From Emiliania huxleyi CCMP1516 (lineage: Eukaryota): 64,000 nt of DNA. The translations under genes were made by a program, and so were the position numbers. Below are positions 11,401 through 20,627 of the stretch, in pieces. The notes under the pieces were generated by a model. It was not told the DNA's origin, made no database searches, and saw only the letters and a program-made list of their open reading frames with translations. Location of the stretch: NCBI RefSeq assembly GCF_000372725.1, contig NW_005201421.1:186001-250000 (forward strand). Direction: 5' to 3'. The first letter of the stretch is position 1, and each line of letters opens with the position of its first letter.

Positions 11401-13918
11401 TTGCGCACGGCGTGCTCTACACGAGCCTCCCGGCCACACGAGCGTGCGGGCGGCTCGAATCCACCCTTCCCCCGCCCTAGCCACTGTTGGCTGGGCGGTG
11501 GGCGCCGTCCGCCTTGCGGCGGCGGCGACACTTGCAACACGAGCACACCTCGCTTCGGCGCGCTCGACCCTTCACAACGGGCCGCCCGCAAGGACGCGTG
11601 TGCGGCCCTCTCTACTCGACCTGTGCCACGGCGCGGGTCGTTCTAGTCATGCAGCCGCCCCGGCGATCGTGCTCGGGGCGTATCTCAGCACTCACCGCGC
11701 GAGACGCGTGGCGTGCCACAAACCAGTAAACAGCAGCCTTCGCTGCTGCGACTCGAATGCTTCAAACGCGCACCTGTGCTTGCGCACGGCGTGCTCTACA
11801 CGAGCCTCCCGGCCACACGAGCGTGCGGGCGGCTCGAATCCACCCTTCCCCCGGCCTAGCCACTGTTGGCTGGGCGGTGGGCGCCGTCCGCCTTGCGGCG
11901 GCGGCGACACTTGCAACACGAGCACACCTCGCTTCGGCGCGCTCGATCCTTCACAACGGGCCGCCCGCAACGACGCGTGTGCGGCCCTCTCTACTCGACC
12001 TGTGCCACGGCACGGGTCGTTCTAGTCATGCAGCCGCCCCGGCGATCGTGCTCGGGGCGTATCTCAGCACTCACCGCGCGAGACGCGTGGCGTGCCACAA
12101 ATCAGTAAGCAGCAGCCTCCGCTGCTGCGACTCGAATGCTTCAAACGCGCACCTGTGCTTGCGCACGGCGTGCTCTACACGAGCCTCCCTACCACACGAG
12201 CGCGCGGGCGGCTCGAATCCACCCTTCCCCCGCCCTAGCCACTGTTGGCTGGGCGGTGGGCGCCGTCCGCCTTGCGGCGGCGGCGACACTTGCAACACGA
12301 GCACACCTCGCTTCGGTGTGCTCGATCCTTCACAACGGGCCGCCCGCAACGACGCGTGTGCGGCCCTCTCTACTCGACCTGTGCCACGGCGCGGGTCGTT
12401 CTAGTCATGCAGCCGCCCCGGCGATCGTGCTCGGTGCGTATCTCAGCACTCACCGCGCGAGACGCGTGGCGTGCCACAAACCAGTAAACAGCAGCCTTCG
12501 CTGCTGCGACTCGAATGCTTCAAACGCGCACCTGTGCTTGCGCACGGCGTGCTCTACACGAGCCCCCCGGCCGCACGAGCGTACGGGCGGCTCGAATCCA
12601 CCCTTCCCCCGCCCTAGCCACTGTTGGCTGGGCGGTGGGCGCCGTCCGCCTTGCGGCGGCGGCGACACTTGCAACACGAGCACACCTCGCTTCGGCGCGC
12701 TCGACCCTTCGCAACGGGCGCCCGCAAGGACGCGTGTGCGGCCCTCTCTACTCGGCCTGTGCCACGGCACGGGTCGTTTTAGTCATGCAGCCGCCCCGGC
12801 GATCGTGCTCGTGGCGTATCTCAGCACTCACCGCGCGAGATGCGTGGCGTGCCACAAACCAGTAAACAGCAGCCTTCGCTGCTGCGACTCCATGCTTCAA
12901 ACGCGCACCTGTGCTTGCGCACGGCGTGCTCTACACGAGCCTCCCGACCGCACGAGCGTGCGGGCGGCTCGAAACCACCCTTCCCCCGGCCTAGCCACTG
13001 TTGGCTGGGCTGCGGGCGCCGTCCGCCTTGCGGCGGCGGCGACACTTGCAACACGAGCACACCTCGCTTCGGTGTGCTCGATCCTTCACAACGGGCCGCC
13101 CGCAAGGACGCGTGTGCGGCCCTCTCTACTCGACCTGTGCCACGGCACGGGTCGTTCTAGTCATGCAGCCGCCCCGGCGATCGTGCTCGGGGCGTATCTC
13201 AGCACTCACCGCGCGAGACGCGTGGCGTGCCACAAACCAGTAAACAGCAGCCTTCGCTGCTGCGACTCGAATGCTTCAAACGCGCACCTGTGCTTGCGCA
13301 CGGCGTGCTCTACACGAGCCTCCCTACCGCACGAGCGTGCGGGCGGCTCGAATCCACCCTTCCCCCGCCCTAGCCACTGTTGGCTGGGCGGCGGGCGCCG
13401 TCCGCCTTGCGGCGGCGGCGACACTTGAAGCGGTCGCGGCGCGTATGCGTCGTACTGTTAGGGCGGCCGGGCCCGAAGACGGCCCGGCCAGGCTCTGCAT
13501 AAGGCCATCTTCGCCACAACGCGTGGCATTGGTCCAACTACGGCAACCCACAGCGAGGGGGGCCGCTTAGGCGACCTTGCTCACATCAGCTGCGTATGCT
13601 TCAGTGGTGCAAGGAGGAGTGGAGAGGGACCTTTGACGGTGTCTGGCCCATGCGGGTTGGCACGTACCTAGTTGTGCGCATATGCGTACGCGACCGTTTT
13701 GGAGCGCGGGGCGGCGGCGTCGATAGATATCGACGCCGCCGTCGCCGCGCATCATGACGAGTTCGCATTCCCCATGTGACCCTCTATACCTCACCTTCGA
13801 GACAAGCCAGGGTTCAACCCAATGGACCTAGTGTGGCGTCGAGGCCCGCACTGTCTGGACATGCGGGCCGCGGCTGACAGAACGGCGGGCTAGGCATTGA
13901 GAGCCCAGGAGTTTTAAT
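8424..13918. mobile_element. Non-autonomous element with split direct repeats (A...BA...B), probable tyrosine-recombinase retrotransposon derivative
   Basis: Repeat A 227 bp at 8424-8650 and 9930-10156; repeat B 211 bp at 9720-9930 and 13708-13918; B and A abut at 9930; copies appear identical by eye; no TSD; no RT/YR ORF seen. Confidence 0.75.
10377..13427. repeat. Tandem array of ~379-bp units (8 full units plus a stub)
   Basis: Anchor GACACTTG at 10391, 10772, 11148, 11527, 11906, 12285, 12664, 13041, 13420; units differ by a few substitutions and small indels. Confidence 0.97.
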
Positions 13919-14128
13919 CGCTGTCGTGGGATCGCTTGTCATGTGAGAGAGTGCTTCTTTCACGTTTTGTTTGGTGAGCCGGTGTGTGTACCAGTCCGCG
14001 CCAGTCCGCGCCTTTCTCGTGCCAGTGTGCTGTGAGAGAGCCAAATATGTTTCTCTTTTCGCCAGTGTCGCGCGAGCGCCCACAGCGCAGGCGACGCAAA
14101 CGACTCCTCGCCTTCCTCACTAGCGCCC

Positions 14129-15007
14129 ATGCGGTCGGGGCTCCGACGCCTCGCTGTGCCCGCTGCGCTGACCGCTGCCGCGACGACGGCGCTCGGTGCC
14201 GGCCGCTTGGTGGCCTCTCAGAGCGGTCACGTCGCCGCGGCGAGCGCGGAGGCCGACGCCTCGCCGGCGATCGACGCGGACTCGGCGGCGGCGTCTCCGA
14301 GCGGCGAGCGGCGTCCTCCGCCCGCCTGGGTGGCGCACCGTCACCCGAGCATCCTGATCAAATACTTTGACGCTCGAGGCGTGATGGAGGTCAGCCGGCT
14401 CGCCCTCGCGCTGGGCGGCGTCGCCTTCACCGAGACGCGCTGGCCGCTCGACGTCTCCAAGATGGAGGACGGGCTCGCGGTGGCGGCGCCAGAGTACTGC
14501 GCGGCGGTGGACAGCGGCGAGCTGGACGCAAACCTCGGACGCGGGCCGGTGGTGGTGGTGGGGGGCGAGACCGTGCTCGCCCAGTCCAAGGCGATCGAGC
14601 GCTTCTTCGCGCGCATGCTCGGGCTGATGGGCGAGGACGAGCTCTCCGCCGCCGCGGTGGACGCCTTCACTGAGCACGTGCGCGACCTCAAGGAGAAATA
14701 CCAGCGGGCGCGCGGCGCGGGCGGAGCCGAGCGCGAGCGCGCGCTCGCCGACTTTTATGGGCAGACGCTGCCCGACTTTCTGCAGCAGCTCGAGAAGACG
14801 GTCGCGCCGGGCGGGCACGTCGTCGGCGGCCACCTGTCGCTCGCCGACGTGACGCTGTACCAGACCTTCACCGACTACTTCGACGACCCGGCCAAGGCGG
14901 CGGCGGCGATGCTCGGCTGCCCGCGGCTGCTGGCCGCCTTTGACGCCGTCGAGTCGCACCCGAGAGTGAAGCAGTACATGGCGGGACGCAAGCAGACGAG
15001 GCTGTGA
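14129..15007 (+). CDS. Glutathione S-transferase (sigma-class-like) with N-terminal extension
   Basis: IKYFDARGVMEVSRLALALGGVAFTETR, LAQSKAIERFFARMLGLMG, GGHLSLADVTLY are GST N- and C-domain hallmarks; intronless 292 aa. Confidence 0.9.
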   Translation: MRSGLRRLAVPAALTAAATTALGAGRLVASQSGHVAAASAEADASPAIDADSAAASPSGERRPPPAWVAHRHPSILIKYFDARGVMEVSRLALALGGVAFTETRWPLDVSKMEDGLAVAAPEYCAAVDSGELDANLGRGPVVVVGGETVLAQSKAIERFFARMLGLMGEDELSAAAVDAFTEHVRDLKEKYQRARGAGGAERERALADFYGQTLPDFLQQLEKTVAPGGHVVGGHLSLADVTLYQTFTDYFDDPAKAAAAMLGCPRLLAAFDAVESHPRVKQYMAGRKQTRL

Positions 15008-15287
15008 GATCGGGGTGTGTGACCCTCGTCCCGCCCATGACCGAGGTGTAGCGCCAGTCGTCGCGGGTTGTCCCCGCATGTGGTCCATGGCCTGTCGCTG
15101 CGTTGAAGCGTTCAGTCTAGTGTCTAGGATTACGTGTTCCACTGTGTGTGCTGTGGAGGTGTTCACTGTCTGTGCATGCTTTCAAGACGAAAATCGGCAA
15201 CACGTAAAGGCTAAAGGCCGCAGCGACAGCGAGAGAGCGTGTCCCGTGAGCTGTGTGTGTCTCCCCGCGCTCGCGCGCGCTCGTGTG

Positions 15288-15767
15288 TCATACACTGACG
15301 GCGGAGCGTGAGATCCGCCCCGCGCTCAGGCGCCGCACCTCATAGTCGACGGCGCAGCAGCCCGGCACGCCCTCATACGCAGTGTTCTGGCTCGTGAAGT
15401 AAAAGGGCTGGCAGAAGCAGTTGCCGTGTACTCGCCGCATGCACCAGGGGCGCTTGCACGGCGCTTCCGGAGGGAGGCCGGGAATGGTCTGCCAGCCGAT
15501 CAGGCAGTCGCCGCCGCACGAAGTCAACTGCGACGGAAACGTGTTTGTGTGGGCAACGGGTGCATGTGATTGCAAAGGGCAGGTGCGAACCTCAAGGATT
15601 GTTCCGTACGGCCCCTCCCATTCGCCTGTCAGGTCACGGCAGTCCATGCCTTGAGGCATCGGCGGCGGCGTGGCATTCAGGCAGTGGATGCCCCGAATGG
15701 GCCGAGTAGCGCGGAGCGGGGCCTTCTCGGAGGCGTCGCCCGAGGAGTAGCGCTCAGGCGTCATCAT
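15288..15767 (-). CDS. Small Cys-rich hypothetical protein, probably spliced
   Basis: ATG-initiated ORF with non-low-complexity segments (DLTGEWEGPYGTILE; CMRRVHGNCFCQPFYFTSQNTAYEG) and intron-like segment GTTCGC...TCGCAG; no family recognised. Confidence 0.4.
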   Translation of the reverse strand: MMTPERYSSGDASEKAPLRATRPIRGIHCLNATPPPMPQGMDCRDLTGEWEGPYGTILEVRTCPLQSHAPVAHTNTFPSQLTSCGGDCLIGWQTIPGLPPEAPCKRPWCMRRVHGNCFCQPFYFTSQNTAYEGVPGCCAVDYEVRRLSAGRISRSAVSV

Positions 15768-16442
15768 TTGTATCGCTGCGAGGGGCCACGCGAGTTCACG
15801 CGAGTTCAGGGGACGTCCGGACCCCCGCGGCTATGGGTCCCCCACCCCAGGATAACTGTTAGTTGGCAAAGCAAGACACAGAGCTCACACAAAATCGGAT
15901 ACTGGCGTGGCACCAGCTAGCACATAACAAGAAAAGAAAATCCCGCAAAATGGGGGGGGGGGGGCGCACCCGAGTTCAGTCAGTTCAGAGACAGAGACTT
16001 TCTTCGAGTTCAGTCAGAGAGAGAGAGATTTTTAGTTTGTTCGAGTTCAGATTAGGACGTCCAGACCCCCCGCCCCAATATATGGGTCACCCCCCCCCCC
16101 CCCAGGATGACTTGAGCACTTGAGCACTGGATAGGGTCGATTCCGCATGGTACGGGACCCCTCGAACAGGATGACTGTGTATTAGATGTATTGTTGGCGT
16201 GCACAGCACTAGCTCGCCGTAATAAGTCCGCCTTATATCAATTCATGCGAGTGCGTCTCATGCGCAAGTGCATGTACGATGCTGTGCCGCCACCGACCGT
16301 CTGTGGGCTGTGACCGGTCTCAATGTCCCACCCCCTCTGCGCGCGGGCCTTCTAGGCCCCGCGGGTAGTCTCCCCCCATCCCCAGGGCCTCCAGGGCTCG
16401 GGGGCTCGCACCTCAACCTCTCATAGATAGACCAGCGCGCAG

Positions 16443-16630
16443 CGCCATCTGAGGGAGGGTGTAGAGGATGTAGAGCTGTAGAGAGCGCTGTAGAGCTGTA
16501 GAGCTGTAGAGCGCTGTAGAGCTGTAGAGCTCTACATCCGCCGCGGGACGAAGCGCCTCCCTTGTAGAGCGATGTAGATGCGCTCTACAACGTGAAATCT
16601 CTACAACAAACTCTACATCATAAGCGGCGA
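16443..16630. repeat. Small foldback/MITE-like repeat of TGTAGAG / CTCTACA motifs
   Basis: About 9 TGTAGA(G) copies towards the left and 4 inverted CTCTACA copies towards the right; no TSD found. Confidence 0.6.
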
Positions 16631-17245
16631 ACGAGGCACGGTCGCTCTCCGACATGAGGCGCGTTGCACTTGCCAGTGCTGCGCTGGCCTTCTGTCTGCC
16701 CGCCCAATGGGTAGGAGGTGCCTCTGCTGCTGTGGCATGCCTCACGGCTGCGACTGGCCGGCGCCTCGGCGCGTCAGCTCGGCTCGGCGTAGCGATCGTG
16801 GCCAGCGCAACTCACCTGGACTCAACGCTCAGCCAGGAGCTCCCGCACACGCTGGCGCGAGTCATGGCGCATGCAACGCGTCTGAATGCTCGCCTCGCCT
16901 CGCGCAAATGCGACCGTCCTCGCAGCCGACAGTCCACCGCCTGCTAAAGAAGCACAGCGACGAATGCGGCACCGGCGACGCATGGCAGGCTGGTCATGAC
17001 GCAGTTATAGGGTGTTGTGAGAGAGATTTTTTCTTCTTCTTGTGTTGTGTGCCGTCAGAGAGAGTGACAACAAAACAAACAGAGAGAGACTCTCTGTGTG
17101 TCAGGGATAGTCAGGGCCGTCCATCAGAGCTCCAGTAAGCTCGGAGACACCCCATTAGCGCGGCTCGACCTCTTTGAGTCACTGCCTTCCCGGCGGTTTG
17201 CTTTGGCTGTGAGCGCCATTGTTTCACGAGAGAGAGAGAGAGAGA

Positions 17246-17285
<40 letters not shown>

Positions 17286-17374
17286 GTTTCACACGAGCAA
17301 CGAGAAGGTAGATGCGTGCCGTGAATAATTAGAGTCACGGCCGTCGAAAAACGTCTCACACAGCTTGCTTGATG

Positions 17375-18322
17375 TCGATGAGCTTCTCCCTTGACCAACC
17401 CACGGAGGCGGACGCCACAGAGGCGGGGTTGCCCTACGTGCTGATTGAGGCTGCCGCGCCGCACGCGATAGTCTTCTCCAGCCCGTCTTGGGCAGCCATG
17501 GTCGGGCTCGTAGACAACGACGATGCGGTCGGCAAGTCGCTGGACCTCTTCTCCGGACCCGGCACGGACACTGAGGAGCTCCGCCGGCTGCTGGTCGCGG
17601 CGCGATCATCGCGGCCTTACGAGGCTGATATCATCTCGTACGACATGCAGAAGCAGCCCTTCCGCCACACTCTGTCGCTGCGGCCGGTCATGGCGCCATC
17701 CAGCGTCCTCTCACTCCTCCGAGCCGAGAGCCGGAACGTGGCGCCGCTCAGCAAGGGCGCAAACGGGCGGCGGGCGCGCGGGCGAGAGGCCGTCTCGGCG
17801 ACGAGCCTGAGCCTGCAGGCCGAGGTGCTCTCGTTCAACCCTCCTCCGACTCCGAGCGGCGCGATGACTGTCATAACTCAAGGTCACGCGCCGTACTCGG
17901 TGCTCTGGGCCTCGCCCGCCTGGCTCTCGCTGTGCGGCTTCACCGCGGTCGAGCTGATGGGCGACTCTCTGCGCTGCATCCAGGGGCCGGGCACCGACGC
18001 CGTCAAGATCCAGGCGCTGATGGCCGCCGTCGCGAGGCGCGAGGCGGTCTCGGTCGAGAAGCTGGTCAACTACGACAAGCACAAGGTGCCCTTCGTGCAG
18101 AACCTGAGCGTGGAGCCGATCAGCACGCCGCGCGGCACCTTCTTCCGCGCCTCCTCCTCCGCCGTGTGCCGGCTCGGCCCGCCACTCGCCCAGCCGAGCG
18201 ACGTCTGGTGGGGCGACGCCTTTGAGCAGCACCTCGCCGCCTGGGAGGAGCTCGACCGGCAGTGGGCGAGCAGGAGGGGCGAGAGGGCGCGCGCGGAGGG
18301 GCGCGTGGGCGTGGCGACGTAG
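17375..18322 (+). CDS. Tandem PAS (LOV-like) domain protein lacking the canonical photoactive Cys
   Basis: Domain 1 IVFSSPSW...VGKSLDLFSGPGTD...IISYDMQKQPFRHTLSLRPV; domain 2 VLWASPAWLSLCGFTAVELMGDSLRCIQGPGTD...LVNYDKHKVPFVQNLSVEPI; start Met approximate. Confidence 0.85.
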   Translation, partial: SMSFSLDQPTEADATEAGLPYVLIEAAAPHAIVFSSPSWAAMVGLVDNDDAVGKSLDLFSGPGTDTEELRRLLVAARSSRPYEADIISYDMQKQPFRHTLSLRPVMAPSSVLSLLRAESRNVAPLSKGANGRRARGREAVSATSLSLQAEVLSFNPPPTPSGAMTVITQGHAPYSVLWASPAWLSLCGFTAVELMGDSLRCIQGPGTDAVKIQALMAAVARREAVSVEKLVNYDKHKVPFVQNLSVEPISTPRGTFFRASSSAVCRLGPPLAQPSDVWWGDAFEQHLAAWEELDRQWASRRGERARAEGRVGVAT

Positions 18323-18624
18323 CGCGCGCCTCATATCGCGGCGCGGCAGCGGCGTAGGAGCGCGGAGCGGTCCGTGCCTCAGGCGGAGCCGAGCAGTAGT
18401 TGTGTGTACGGTTCCGAGCTGGCGGTGGCGTTCCGAGGCGGAGGGTGGGGACGAGAGTCAGAGTTGTGGAGTGATGGTGTGTCGTTCTCATGATTCAAAA
18501 AGCGACAGAGTTTGAAAAAACGATTGACTCGACTCGCCACTCTGTCTCTCGACCTCTCGCCTCGCTGCGTGTGTCCCCCTCGCGCCTCGGCTCTGGCCTC
18601 TGGCGCTCTGGGGGCTGGGGCGAG

Positions 18625-18998
18625 CAGTGTGCAAACTTTACCGGTATGAGACCGGTATTTGGCGATATTTTGATTAACTTTGGAGTGGTATGGTATAGTG
18701 GTATGCGAAAGTGGTATGCGGGGTTTTCATTAGTTGTAGCGGCTGTCGGTGTGGTCCCGGGGGCGAAACCATGCGCAAAAGTGCGGGTATTACCCGGGTA
18801 TACCCGGGTTTTTCCAGGTATACCCGCAAAATACCCGGTATTTTGCCGATTTTGCCGATTTTGCCACCAAGAAGGCACTCCGACTCGCTTTGATTTCCGT
18901 GAGGCAACTGGTATCCCGTACCACTTTTTGATTAGTGCAGGCCTTGGGTTTGATTAGCCAAAAACTCCCATACCGGTGTAAAGTTTGCACACTGACTG
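18625..18998. mobile_element. MITE, hAT-like (CAG terminus, 8-bp TSD)
   Basis: TIR CAGTGTGCAAACTTTA(CA)CCGGTATG at 18625 and inverted ending 18994 (plus duplicated ACTG); GGGGCGAG at 18617-18624 and 18999-19006; internal GGTAT/ATACC repeats. Confidence 0.8.
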
Positions 18999-19122
18999 GG
19001 GGCGAGCTCTGCGCGCACCTTACACGTTACACCGGCCGCACAGCACATACACGCTACACGAGGCTCTATACGTACTGAGAGACGTACACGGTACACACGA
19101 TGCACAACACGGTCGGCCCGGG

Positions 19123-20583
19123 CTAAAAGTGCCGCATGCGGTGCCGGAAGGCGGAGGCCTTGTGGCGGTACATCAAGCGGGACCGGCTCGATGCGGACGC
19201 GAGCAGGTCGGCGTCGCTCGCCACACGCGGCAGCCGCCGTGGGCGAAGGCCGTGCTGCGGAGCGAGCTGCCCGTCCGCCTGCTGCACCGCCGAACCTCCT
19301 CCTCCAAAGTCGATCGCCTGCGCCACTCCGTCCGCCTCGGGCGCCTGCTGGCTCTCGGCCGCAAGCTCCTCGAGCGCGACGAGCTTTGGTGGAGGAGAGA
19401 CCGCGCCGCCGCCTCTCTGCCCAGTCGACCACCCGTCTGCTGCTCGGTCGCCCGCCCACTGCCCTGCCGGCCGCCCCATCCGCTCGAGATTCGGCGACGA
19501 CTGGACGCGGCGCCGAAGAGAGCCGCGCCACGCGCCTCCCGCCGCGAAGCGCCGCTCCGACTCGCGCTTGAGCCACGCGGTGGCCCGCGGCAGCCCCTGC
19601 GCCGCGATGAACCTGCCCAGCCACGCGGGCGCCCACGCGCTCAGCGAGACTCGCGCCTGCGGGAGGCAGCGACGCGGGAAAACATGTTGGGTGTGCGGGG
19701 GTCGGAGGTGCGGGGTCGGGCTGCGGAATGTGGGGCTGACGCGTGGGGCGATGTGCGTGTGTCGCCGAGTAGTAGACGGCCGTTGAGTTTGGCCTCGCGG
19801 GCTCCTCGCGAAGCAGCCAGTGGCCAGTGTTCTGGACGAGGTCGGAGGGCTTCGAAGGGTCGAGGGTCCACGTGAGCTGGTTGTGGAGCCGATCGAGCAC
19901 CTGGTGTGTGGGCGTGCGTTCATGTTCACAGGCGCGTCGCTAGAGAGCACTCGGAGTAAGGTCCCCGCACGTGGTGCACGTGAGACGTGATCTTCAGAAG
20001 GCCGACCCCGATCACCACGCGGACCTTGATGTCGGCGCCCGAGTCTACCGCCGTCGGGGGACGTGGCCGAGCGTGAGCGTGCAGCGGTGAGCGTGTGTGC
20101 GTGCGTAGGCCGTGTGGCGGGCGGCTGCACACTCTCGTACGTCGGCGGCAGTGACGTTGTCCACCATGGACGGCCAGGAGCCGAAGTCGAGCAGCGTCGC
20201 CCACACCAGCTCCGCCGGAGCCTCGATCATCACGGCCGCGAGACCCTCCTTCCCGTCGCCGCCCTGGCCAATCGACTTGAGCACTGTCTCGCCCCTGGCA
20301 AGCCTCTGCGCCTCCACGGCATTCAGGCGCGGCAGTGGCACCGCCAGAGACTGTTGGTGCTGCACGCGCAACGCAGTATCTGGTGTTTGGCTCGCGCAGG
20401 CTGGTGTGCTTCTCTCCAACGTCGCCAACTTGAGCTCGAGATGCCGCACTCGGAGCAACAGGGCTACGTTGAGGGCGCCAGAGAGCACGAGACCCAGCAG
20501 CGGGTTTTCTACGAGACACGGTAATGCTGCTGCGATCGCAAGCCCGATGGCAAGCTGGAGGCATATCGAACTGCTCGCCTCAT
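19123..20583 (-). CDS. Multi-exon START/SRPBCC (polyketide cyclase-like) domain protein with N-terminal hydrophobic segment
   Basis: RLARGETVL...GLAAVMIEAPAELVWATLLDFGSWPSMVDNV; LTWTLDPSKPSDLVQNTGHWLL; VYYS; WAPAWLGRFIAAQGLPRATAWLKRESE; start codon unresolved. Confidence 0.7.
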
Positions 20584-20627
20584 TGACGCGTTCGCGCGAC
20601 AGGCTCAGGCTCTCGCGTGAGACGATG

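Noticed and set aside
10377..13427. Repeated ORFs or CRISPR-like periodicity in the tandem array
   Set aside because: Whole units repeat with no unique spacers, no cas genes, unit not a multiple of 3; ORFs are by-products
15795..16125. Diverged direct repeat GAGTTCAG..GGACGTCC.GACCCCCGC..TATGGGTC..CCCAGGAT.ACT at ~15802 and ~16043
   Set aside because: Probably a repeat remnant, but no termini or TSD could be defined
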